Assembly (NCBI GenBank): GCA_010015585.1
Contig: ML975190.1
Reading direction: 5' to 3' (one strand)
DNA: 64,000 bases
From: Eremomyces bilateralis CBS 781.70
Taxonomy: Eukaryota
Part shown: positions 35,928-46,877 of the stretch, piece by piece
How the letters are laid out: every line of letters starts with the position of its first letter
Numbering within the stretch: the first letter of the stretch is position 1
Notes under the pieces: generated by a model
The model's input: the letters and a program-made list of their open reading frames with translations, nothing else
Database searches by the model: none
What the model was told of the DNA's origin: nothing
Position numbers and translations under genes: made by a program

Positions 35928-36218
35928 GGTTATGGTTGAAGGGGCGGAAGGAAGGATGGAATGGAAAGCAATGGACGAAGATGTTAATATCTTGATGCGG
36001 TTGATTGATCCCGAAAACTCCGAATTCTTTAGAGATATCGGATTCCAAGGAGCTTGGGCCTGTGACACCAGTTCTGTGGGGCAACCCTCGTACATGACAA
36101 CCACAACTGCTGGACATGCTTCGGATGCTTCAGGTTTACCTTTCTATATCTCCGATCCACGCCTCCTACGTTGCTATCTACACCATACAACCGTTCACTG
36201 AGGCCCCAATTAGCAATC

Positions 36219-36858
36219 ATGGTCCGCACGACTCCCTCACCCCCATAGCGACCTCACTAACTCCATCCAGTCTGCCCAAAACTCAGCCGGCATTCAGACC
36301 CTCCTCGACGTACGCCTGCATCCCCATGTCCCATACGCACTTCTAACATCGACATATAGGCGGAGCGGGAAGCCCAAAAGATAGTTCAGAAAGGTCGGAT
36401 CCCAGACTCCTCTCTCGTCCTTGCAAGCTATACTGACACTTCCTCCAGCGCGCGAATGTAACCACTCCTAAGGCAACCATGCAATGTCCGCCATCTAACG
36501 CATCCCTGACAGACCGCACCAAGCGCGTCAAAGACGCCCGGTCCGAAGCGCAGAAGGAGATCGAAGAATACCGAAAGCAGAAAGAGGGCGAGTTCAAAGC
36601 GTTTGAGAAAGAAGTATCTCATCCCCTCCCCTTCCCACACCCTCCCCCTTTAGCCCTCCGCTCCCAACACCCACCCAACCACCAACTAACCCCCTCCAGC
36701 ACACTAGCGGCAACAAGAAAATGGAACAAGACGCCGCCGACGCTACCGAGGAGAAGCTGAAGCAGATCCGCGCCATCGGCGGGAAGAAAGGGGGGAAGGT
36801 CATCGAGGACTTGCTGCGAGCCGTGGTGGAGGTGCATCCGGCGCCGGCGACACAATGA
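36219..36858 (+). CDS. VMA10: V-type ATPase subunit G (6 exons)
   Basis: M|SAQNSAGIQTLLD|AEREAQKIVQKA|REY|RTKRVKDARSEAQKEIEEYRKQKEGEFKAFEKE|HTSGNKK..; includes an ATG-only first coding exon and a 9-nt exon. Confidence 0.94.
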
Positions 36859-37441
36859 GCGGGTGGGGGGAGAAGATGGACTTATTAATGGATTCTTGCG
36901 ACGGGGGTTTCGTGTTCGAAGGGCAGGTTGTGGCGGCTGAGAGGGTCGGTGAGCGGGGCGGTTGATGTGCGATGGACGTGGCGGTTGAGAACGCTATGAG
37001 ATGTTACGGTTGCCTGTTGTATGTCCGGTCCGGTCTGGTTGGCGACACACTGTACGTGGTGAGGAAGTTCTCTGGACGCTTTGAAGGCTGTTATTATCAC
37101 GATAGATCATATGAACCGAAACGAACCACCCCATGTGCATACGTAAGAATCCCATTTTGCTACTGCTCCGCTATCCATCTGCCAGGAAGGATCCATCATA
37201 AATGAATCTTTGGTTGAGCTTCTCTCCCACACGCTCCGCCATGCATGCGTATTGCGTAATATCTGTTGTACACTCCATATCCCTTCCCCAATCCAAATCC
37301 CGAATCCCATATCCCAATCGCACCATGATAATATCCTACGACCGTCAAATCCTTCCCCTTCACACACCCCTCTCAAACCCCAATCCATCCTCACACCCGC
37401 TCCACAAGCCCCGAATCCCAGCTCCCCGATCTACCAAACCC

Positions 37442-37667
37442 TGTGCCCTCCACAGACAACCGCGACAAGGTCTAGCGGCGTACATCTGACAGTACCATCC
37501 AGGTAAGGTGAAATCGATCGATCGCTGTGGTTTCCAAACGACCACAGATAACGCAGTTCCAACCACGGATCCAAAAAAAAACGACCGAGCTCGACGCCCT
37601 TGTGCCCTTGTGCCCTCCACAGACTGCCGCGACAAGGTCTAGCGGTGTGCGTCTGTGAGTACCATCC
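37442..37667. repeat. two imperfect 59-bp direct repeats, each a potential hairpin
   Basis: 37442-37500 and 37609-37667, 52/59 identical, invariant core CCGCGACAAGGTCTAGCGG. Confidence 0.9.
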
Positions 37668-37976
37668 GGGAGGCCGGGGTGTCCCGCGAAGAAGTTGTGA
37701 TTCGATTCGTGGTTGTATTTTATTGTGGTTGTTGATTGCGTGCGATGCGGTGGTATGTGGTATATGTTGATAAGAGGACGACATATTGTCAGACGAAAAA
37801 GTGTGAACCATGTTGTGGGGCGTCGCCATTGCCCATGAAAAGCGCAGATATGATCGCGCAGAAACCGCTATGCAATGAATTGTACACCCCGCCAAACTAG
37901 AAGTAAAAAGAAAAAACATTTTTGGTGACACCGTGTATCAAAATTCACTCGTCGTGGATCTGAGCGCCCAGCTCAG

Positions 37977-40900
37977 TTAAGCATGTGAATTGTGCGTGTC
38001 GATGAAACTCCGCGCCGTCGCCGGATCCCGGAACATGAAACTAACCCTCTTCAACGTGCGCGGCTGCTTCGGATCAGGAATGCTACCGATCGCTGTCTTC
38101 GTCCCACTAAGCGCGAACTTTAACCCGACAGTGACGCGCGAGTTGAGCACCACCCGCCCGCCAGGAACAGTCTTCATGAGCATCTGCACAACGTTCGTGT
38201 CGGGGTTTTTAAGCAGCAGCATCGCGCCGCTGCCCTCGTCGACCCATTCCTTGGTCTTGGGGTCTAGGCCCTTCATCTTCGCGCGGTCGGCTTCGAAGAG
38301 TAGGTCGTGCCCGGCTTTGTCTTGTTCGAGGCCAGAGAGGTCGGTTTGCGCGTCCTTGGGCGCTTCGTCGTCGCCGTCGGGCTTGGTTGCGTCGGAGAGG
38401 CCGCCGTCGGTGGAAACGCCGGGGGTGGTGGCGCGGGAGGTGAGGCCGGATGGTGTGCCAGTCGGGGGAGCAAGAAATCCAAATGTGGATGGTCCGGATG
38501 TTTGCTGAGGAAATACATTGGATGACGGGGTCTGGTTCGACCCAAGCGCGGACGGAGTGGTTGCTTGAGCGCCGAATGCGCTGGGTGGGGTTTGGGCAAA
38601 TCCAAATGTGGATTGACTGGATGGTGGAGCGCCGAAGGCGGTGGATGGTGTCTGATTAAAGCCAAAGCTCAATGGTTTCACATTCTGCGCTGGAGTGGAT
38701 GCACCTTTCGCTGGAGAACCAGGCGGAGTAGTCGACGTCGACTCAGCAACGCTACCCTTGAATGCAGGTGGCCCACTCATCCCCCCAAATGAGGATGACC
38801 CAAATGCGGAAGCGCTGGTAGTAGTAGCAGGCTGGACAGCAGCAGAAGCCGCATCGCCAGCTCCGCCTTTGCCTTTGTCAGCATTGGCTCCGGCAGCCAT
38901 GCCAAATGGAGCGGCAGTGCCGGTGCTGCGCCCAAACAGACTCTGCTGTGAAGAGCCTTGCATGGTACCGAATTTGATGGGCGAGTTCACCTTCCATGTA
39001 TGATCGCCAGGTCCCATCGCTTCAGCAGTCTTTGCCGCGGGAGGAGATGAGCCGAAGTGCGAGAATAGTGAACTCTTCTCGCCGGTAGCTGCAGCAGTAG
39101 CTGCCGCAGGCTTCGCCGGGGTACCGAACATCGAGAGAGATGATGGTGTTTGAGCATTGTCAGGAACGCTCGAAAGCGGCGAGGATGTTGCTGGATTTGG
39201 AGTCCATGTCGACTTCGGCTGAGTGCCATCCGCCTTCTTCCCGGCGTCATCATATGAGACCCGATCGAAGAGGCTGCGCCCCGATGATGGAGCTTCCCTG
39301 GCTTCAGTACCAAGAGTCTGCACCGGCGCCGTCTTCGCATGTTGCGTGCTCTCACCGAGCTCTTTCCACGCCTCCGCCACCGCAGGCGACTGGCTCCTAA
39401 GTTCATCGCCTGGAATGACCAGGGCATCAGGAGAAGTGTTGTTCGTTCCGTCACCGTCATGCTCTTCGTCGGACGCCGAGTCGTCATCCTTGCTTGCGTC
39501 GGCGCCGGAGTCGACATCGGAGAGGTGCCCGAAAATGTTATCACCGCTCTTCGCCGCTTGCAGGCTCGGGTCGTCGAGGACGGATGCACGGCCGCTGGTG
39601 GAAGGAGTGGGGGTCCGGGATGGGGTGAAGGTACCCGCCGCACTGTCCTGCTTGCCAGAGAACGCGAAGAGAGATTGCGAGGTGCTCTGAGTCTTCGCGG
39701 ATGCTTCGGATGTGGCATCGCCTTTCGTCTTCTTCGACTGCGGCTCGTCTTCATCGGAGGTAGGTTCATTCTCTTGGTATTCGTCAGACGTTCGCTTTCC
39801 CTTCTTCTCTTGAGAGGGTTTTGCGGCACCAAGGAAGGAGAAGCTCGGTGGCTGCGAAGCTGTTCCAGCTGCGGTTCCTGGCGCACGAGAGAAAAGAGAA
39901 CTGCTTGGTCCAGCAGATGCGGGTTGGAACGACGGTGATGAAGCAGGCTGAGATTGGAACAAGCTACTCTTCGGCGCAGCCTTTGCCGGTTCAGTCGCCG
40001 GTGCATTGACTCGAGCGTTCTGACGGTTTTTCGCCGACGTGACGGCAGGCTGTGGCGTGCTGAAAGAAACACCGCCGGGACCGTTGCTCTCGGCAGCCGG
40101 GCTGTCAACAATATTTTTGAAAAGTGCGGATGTCGTTGACGCGCTTGGAGAAAACTCCAGAGCTTCGCTTGGAGTCTCCGTCATTTGTTTTCCTCGCTTC
40201 GAAGAAGGCTCCGGTTCTTGATCCTCGCTAGATCCCCGCTTCGAGCCCGTGGCCGGTCCACCGAGCATGCCGCGCACCTTGGTCGATGGGAGCGGTTTGG
40301 AGGAGGCAGTAGGATCGCGCCCAGCAGCATTCAACGCGGACCGTCGAGAGAGCTTCTTCTCCTTCATGTCACCGGTGATTTTGGACATGACGCGAACATA
40401 TGCGACCATCGCTTTGGTCCAGTCTTGGTCCAAGTCCATCTTCTTGAGACGAGCAAGGAATGCTTTGTTGAGCTTCGTGGTGAGTGACTTCCTCTTCTCT
40501 TCGTCGGTCTGGGGGACCTGTTTAGGCTTCCCGGGAGTGAGAGTGGGCCGAGCGGGTGTTTGTTGTTGTTGTGGCATGAGCTGCTGTTGAGCTTCGGATG
40601 TCGCAACAGGTGGGGAGGGAACGGTGTCTCGCTGAGACGGAGTGAATGTCGCGGATGGCTGTGCATCTTCACTCGTGATTGCAGCAGTGTTAGGACTAGA
40701 CTGTGCTGACTGAGATGCAGCGAAGATGTTCCCAGTACTACCCGCGGGTTTAGGCGTGGTTTCTGGCTGTGCCGTAACTGGAGCACCGAAAATGTTGCTG
40801 GGTTGATTGGTCGCGGACTTGAGAGTCTCAGCGCTTGGAGTTGCTTTCTGCGATGCGGAAGCAAACATATTGTTCGAAGCAGTTCCGCCGATGGCGGAAT

Positions 40901-43900
40901 CCTTGTTCGGTGTTTGTGGGATGAATAATGATGGTTTCGGCGTTGATGAAGAAGGTTGAGCCGTAAAGCCGAACATGCTTGTTGATGGCGGAGCACTTGC
41001 AGCGGTGTCGGAAGCCATCGTGGGCTTTTCTGTCTCTGTTGCTGATGGTTTCGGTGTGGATGAAGAAGGTTGAGCCGCGAAGGCAAACATGCTTGTTGAC
41101 GGAGCACTTTCAGCGGCGTCCGAGGCCATCGTGGGCTTTTCGGTCTCTGTTACGGATGGTTTGGCAAAGATATTGGATGTGAACATGCTCGGCTGGGTGG
41201 GTGCGGGCGAAGTAAACACCGGCTTGTTTTGATTTTGTTCTGGTGCGGGCGCGGTAAACATGGGTTTGTTTTGATTTGGAGTTTGCGAGAACCCAAAGAT
41301 GTTGCTCGGTGCAGGTTCCGGCGTCGAGGAAACCGTCGTTCCTGTGTTTGCATCCAAATTCGATGGAGCTGAAGCTGGTCGGCCGAAAGCGTTTGCGAAC
41401 ATGTTATTTTGCACGGCTGATGTGGTGGTAGGTGCTGCTGTCGCGGGCTTGGGTGTGAACGTTGGAGTGAATCCAAGAGGTTGGCCATGACTTTGTGCAG
41501 GTGGCATGTTGCCGAAGACGTTGGTTTGCGCGTTCGCGGTAGAAGTGGTCGGAGTAAGATTCTGTTGGGATGCAGATGAGAACATACTGCTCTGTTGTGA
41601 CGGTCCAGATCCGAACAAGCCACCTCCACTGGAAGATGCGCCGAAAAAATTTGCTGAATTCGTTCCCGAGAACTGTGCAGAGAAGTTCGAGGCGGGAGTG
41701 CCAATATTTGTTGTTGCTGAGGGCTCAGTAGATTCGTCCATGGCGGTGTCCGCAAAATTTGCACGTGCCAACACACCCGAAGTCAACACAGACGATGATT
41801 GTGCTGCTGGTGGTGCTGGCGAGCCGAAAAGCCCACTTCCAGTCGTTGCTCCAAAACCAGTACTCGATGTGCCAAATCCACCAGTGGAAGCAACTTGACT
41901 CGGCCTTGAGCTAGTGGTCGTTTGAGGAGCGAAACCAAACGCATTTCGTGGCTGCTCAGCGGTAGATGCTCCAAATGGAGAGAAGCTCGTTTGAGAACCG
42001 GTCTGGAATGGACTCGGTCTCTTCGCTGGGGATGAGGAAGTAGCAAACCCAGAATTGATCGTGTTGTTAGTAGGTCCGCCGATACCTGTAGTGCCAAATC
42101 CGTTGGTTTGCGGTGTCGACGTGCTAGTTCCAAACAGCCCGTGACCGGGTGCCACTGGGGCCGCCTCAGGTTCTGTTCTCGGTTGGGACGGGCCGAGGGA
42201 GAAAATTCCGTTAGAATTGGTTGCGGGCGCAGGGGGTTGCGCGGAGATGCTGGACGCAGCAAAGGGGTTCGCGGGATTCATCTGAAATGCGATAACGCCA
42301 TTTGAGTTAGCGGGTCATCCTGATGGTGTCGTCGCTTGCGAAGGAGAAGAAACAGGAGTCCAGCGCCGGCTCTCGGCATCGGTGGCGTAGTGAGGCAGCG
42401 CCTCCGTCAGGTCCGAGGATTCGAACCCGTCCCTCTCCGGGGTTGGGGCCTCGTCGGCACTAACGAGGGACGCTGACAGCGAAGAAACGTCGAAGGCCCC
42501 GCCCCGGAGGAGGACGGTTCCGTAAAACAACCAAGTCTCTGATACGGATGAAAGGTTGGACGCGCCAGCGGCAGGAGGCGCCCCACCACCCGGAACGGGA
42601 TGAGACCGTTGGCATTGGGCGGTCGGGTGGCGAGTTCTCCGGCGGAACCATGAGGACCTGGGCCATGGTGGACGAAAGCACGGACTCAGAAGGCGCCAAA
42701 GAAAACGCCGGACCCATCTAGAATGGTATAACACCATTCAGATGCTCCGGGTGAGAAGAGGAAGGGGGCAGAAGAGAAACAGGCGGATTTTGTGGAGGAA
42801 CAGAAGGAGAAGCGACAGTCAGCGCGGGAGAGAGTGATGGGGCCATTTGGAATGGGATGACCCTGTTCGCACGCTGAGGGCGGGTAGAAGAATGAGCAGA
42901 GACCGGCGGCGCGGGAGAAGAAATTGCAGGGGCCATCTGGGACGGGATGACCCCGTTGGTCCTGGCCGGGCAAAAAGAAACAGAAACAGACGCTTGCGGA
43001 CGTGGAGCTGGAGTGGCAGCCGGAGGCTGCGTGGGCGCAGAAGTAGAAGCAGGGGAAAGAGTTGAAGGGCTACTAACGGTTTGAGATGAACTGGCACCCA
43101 GTGCCGCCCCGGCGAATGGGTTCGAGGTTCCCACACTCGACCCGCCGAAGCTAAAAGAAGGGGCCGATGGGGGGATGTACTTGGACGAGTTACCGGCCTG
43201 CTTGTCGTCGTCTCCTGTTAGCGATAGTTGCGACGGTGCGGTGTAAGTCAACGCCTGCGGCACACGGTTTCCACGCTGCTCTTGATCCGCTTTCTTGAAG
43301 TAATACGCGTTCAAACGGGCAATTTCCTTGCAGAGCGTCTTCGCGTGGTTGCAATCGGCATGCGACCATAGACAGAAGCCATTCTCGTGATTGCATGGCA
43401 CATGCGGCCATATATAGCGCTCCGCGAGGCGTTTCTCGAATTTCTCTCGAGCCTTCTGGTCCCACTCCTCGTGAGCGGCTTTGGTTTCCTCGAAGGTCAT
43501 TTGGCGCCTGCTCTCTTCGTTATCATCGGGCCCGCGGCCCCTTACCGGTATGGAGTTGAAATCATTCTCCTTCGCCTCTTCCATCCCCTCCTGCTCCCGG
43601 AGGATTTGTGCGCCGACGGACAAGTGGCTGTCGATTGAAGTGCGGTCCGACTCATCGTCGCTCACGGCGGCATCTTCGGTGGGGGGAGCGGCGGCTTGGT
43701 GGACTTCTTCTATGGTTACGGAGGGGTCACCTTCAGCTCCCGCTGCAAGGTGCCCAGCGGCCTGTGTTGTTGCTTGCGTGTTGTATGCGTGTGTTGCAGG
43801 CGTTGACGAAGACGAAGACTCTGAGAATGTCGAATTGAACGCGGGGAAATTTGACGGAGGGTTGCTAACGGTTTGATTTGTTCCTTGCGACGTGTTCTGG

Positions 43901-44250
43901 CTCTGGCCTTCTCCTAGGGGTTTCCTTGGTTTCAACGGTTTGATTCTGGAGGAGATACGATCAGTCAACTGGACGCGAAGGATCTCATAAGGTATGCAAT
44001 GAATTCGCGCCGGGTCTGGGTAAGAACCCCCGGTGAAGGTCATGTGTATCGCGTCCCACTCATGGCGCACCACCGAAACATCACGGTGGGATCTCGCGAT
44101 ACATCAACGCGGGTGAAGTAGTAGAACTCACCTTCGCCCAGCAAGTTGGGCAGCAGTAGCTCTGGCATTTGACGAGAAGAGCTTCGGCTCCTGAGGCGCA
44201 TCGGGGTTGTTTTGGCTGATCTGGAAATCGGCCTGTCGTTTCCCCGTCAT
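37977..44250 (-). CDS. NUP2: nucleoporin Nup2/Nup50 family (NUP50 N-terminus, FG-rich middle, C-terminal Ran-binding domain)
   Basis: Exon 1 MTGKRQADFQISQNNPD..ATAAQLAGR|RIKPLK, many FG/FxFG motifs, helix KLNKAFL..DWTKAMVAY, RanBD1-like end (KEWVDEGSGAMLLLKNPDT..GRVVLNS). Introns about 44131-43946 and about 43077-42282; the second donor is inferred. Confidence 0.82.
40930..41163 (-). repeat. intragenic tandem duplication (about 37-38 codons) in NUP2
   Basis: KPSVTETEKPTMASDAAESAPSTSMFAFAAQPSSSTP / KPSATETEKPTMASDTAASAPPSTSMFGFTAQPSSSTP. Confidence 0.9.
42279..42957 (-). repeat. five dispersed copies of a 24-nt splice-acceptor/exon-start motif
   Basis: Ungapped related 24-mers at 42934-42957, 42844-42867, 42715-42738, 42587-42610 and 42279-42302 (the functional acceptor). 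Confidence 0.8.
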
Positions 44251-45536
44251 GATGTGCAGGTTGGCGACCGAAGTCCAGCAAGGGAAGTGAACAGAATTCG
44301 AAAAACGGGGCTGAGAGGAACAGGAAACGTGCTAGAGACAGCAACAAGAGAACTCCAATGAAAAATCCGGATGCGAGCAGCGAACGAGCAATGGAGAGGC
44401 AAAGATTTGGGAATTGTTGATGGATTGTGTGGAGAAGATCAAGTCGCGATGGGACATGGAAGTGGGTGGTCCGTGGTTTGATGGTGGACGCTTCGGGGGT
44501 AAGAGTATTAGAGTCGGAGATGTGGTGCACGGACGAAATGTGAATATTTAGAGGGTTTGATTGGTCAATAGCCAGCCTGACATTCAGGCATCAGGCATTC
44601 AGGCAAGCAAGGCAGCGACAAGAGCCTCAACCACGTGCAGGCAACGTTCCTGTGTTCATCGACGTCACCATAGCAATCAAGAAGCTGAATTCTTTCACTT
44701 GGTCCATGGGAATTCCAGGGTGCTTTTATTGTTCTGCAGACTGCATCAATTTTCATCTTCACAGTTCCAATTTGGCCAATTGAAAGGAAGAAGTGTTCAA
44801 GATACCGTAGGTCAGACTTAGCCAGGCATCAGGACTATGGACAGTCAGGAGGGGACGCAAGATCATTCCTTTGGAGTGGCATCCGTCCCTCTTCCCTGTC
44901 TGGATAGTAATTATGGGATACCAGATACGTGGGAAGATGATGGCTTGTTTGAATCGGCACTCATTTTTCTTTCCAGAGGGGTCAATCACAACGACATGGC
45001 GGTATATTGCGGTGTGCTCGATTGGAGGCACTGGTTGGACTGGCTTTATATTCAGCAAGTGTAAATCTAAGTTGTTTTACGTCTCTGTGAAGGTCCTCAT
45101 TCAGAAGTTTTAAACTTACATGTGCATGGTATGAGACGCAAACCAGTCAATATAATGTTCAACTTAAGGGGTCAGGGGAATCCAAGACTACAGGGGCCAG
45201 CTAGATGAAGTCGATCCTGACCCTCCAGCTCAGGCGTTAAGGCGTCTAGCTCCCCCCACGGCCAGGCCCATCAGATGATGACGAGATCGGAATCAACAAC
45301 ATCGTGAAATTGTTGTCTGTTCATTTTCAAATCACCATCAAATCACCATTAAATTGCCCCGGAGTTGAGGAGGGCTCCTGACCTTCCCTGGCTTTAAGAG
45401 CGTGGGCTGAAGCTATTCCCAACAGTAGAATGTCGTAACGACTTCCCTCCTCTCGATTAATTCGGAACCATTTTACCGACTGAGAATTCCCGTAGCTGTA
45501 ACAGCTTTGTATAACCCAAGATTGAACTGCTTTACC

Positions 45537-46483
45537 ATGGCATCTGGAAACCATCACCACCAGGAGCGACCCGGAGGTTTTCTCCCCCCAATTCTTCCCT
45601 CTCCACCCGCCTCGTCTCCCAGCATCGCGCCATCCACCCTTCCCCATCCTCGGGACCATCCTCTAAAGGCCGGTGGCGCCAAAGAATCCCATCTCATCCG
45701 CTTTGTGGATCAGCGGATTCTCCACATCCAGCGGAGATATGCAAAGCGGACGGAGGGCGGGTTCACCGTCGGGCAACCAGTCGGCGAAGAGAAGGATGAT
45801 ACGAGGGGGTATACGAGCTTAGGAGAGGCGGCGACGGAGTTGGAGAGGGTGGTGGATGTGGTTTGGATCTCAGGGACACGTGGGTGACATGCGTGGAAAT
45901 GGCGGAAAAAGCCGTATGGTGGCATCTTTCATTAACGATATTCGCAGCATCCGTACAAATCCCGTATCTCCTCAACCTCGCGCTGTTGCTATCAACCTAT
46001 CTTTCCGGGTTTGCCTCTCCCCGCAGACTAACCAGCGTGCTACGACCGCTCTTCTCTGTCCTGGGCAAGCTGGATCTCGCGTTCGCCTCTCTCATTCAGG
46101 GCCGCAACGTCGAGACGGAGGAGCCATTGCCCGGGAGCGAACGAAAGGCGTCGCTTATGAACGGCACCGAGAAAGTCCGGCTGAAGAGCATCGTGGACGG
46201 CTCGCGGGTACGCGTCATGGAGATTGTCACGTCGGCCTACGTAGATGACGAGGACGAGGAAGAAGGGATTGGGATTACGGCCACTGAGACCGAAACGGAA
46301 GGGGAAGGAGACGGGCCGACGAGATACCATTCGAGTCGAGCGGATGATGTGGATGAGGAGATGATGAGTGATGATGAGCCGACGAGCTGGGAGATGGCTG
46401 CGGCGAGAGTATATGATCGGACGCTGGTAATGTTGGGAGACACGATTGGAGGGACTCCCATTGGGATCATCACGGAGGATTGA
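45537..46483 (+). CDS. TFIIH-associated Tfb6-like protein
   Basis: LPHPRDHPLKAGGAKESHLIRFVDQRILHIQRRYAKR, LERVVDVVWISGT|PSVQIPYLLNLA, KLDLAFASL, TEKVRLKSIV, WEMAAARVYDRTL; intron 45880-45947. Family recalled, not searched. Confidence 0.72.
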
Positions 46484-46877
46484 GACGTCCCTTAAGCACA
46501 TCGGATATGACTTGTGCCCGGCTCCCCAGGTTGGTGGACGCCAACTTCCAGGGCTTCACGATGTTTCCTTGCTTGAAATTTGCATGTTGAATTCACCAGC
46601 GCTATGCGGCATTTGACTTCATGAGAAGCGAAGTGAATGTGGCACGCATGAAAGTGCAACTGAGGTGTTTCGTTGTTTCCTAATCTGGGGAGAGACGAGA
46701 TCGTGAAGTCCCGTCGGCACACAGACACACAACACGATAACACACCTTCCATCTTGAAATCAATTTCCGCTGCCTTTTTTTCAATCGCTTCTTTCTTTAT
46801 CACCAGGATACTCAAGCTACATTCTTCATTTGCTACCCTCAATTGCGTGGAAGTCAGAAACCACTGGATTCATCATC

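Noticed and set aside
37495..37512. CTTACCTGG on the minus strand resembling the U1 snRNA 5' end
   Set aside because: Lacks the ATAC start, the U1-70K loop and an Sm site; equally explained as a chance splice-donor-like sequence.
37442..37667. Repeat-spacer-repeat as a CRISPR array
   Set aside because: Eukaryotic context, only two long imperfect copies, no cas genes.
37990..42262. Many 100-370 aa ORFs overlapping NUP2 in other frames or on the other strand
   Set aside because: By-products of low-complexity Ser/Pro/Ala coding; no recognisable domains.
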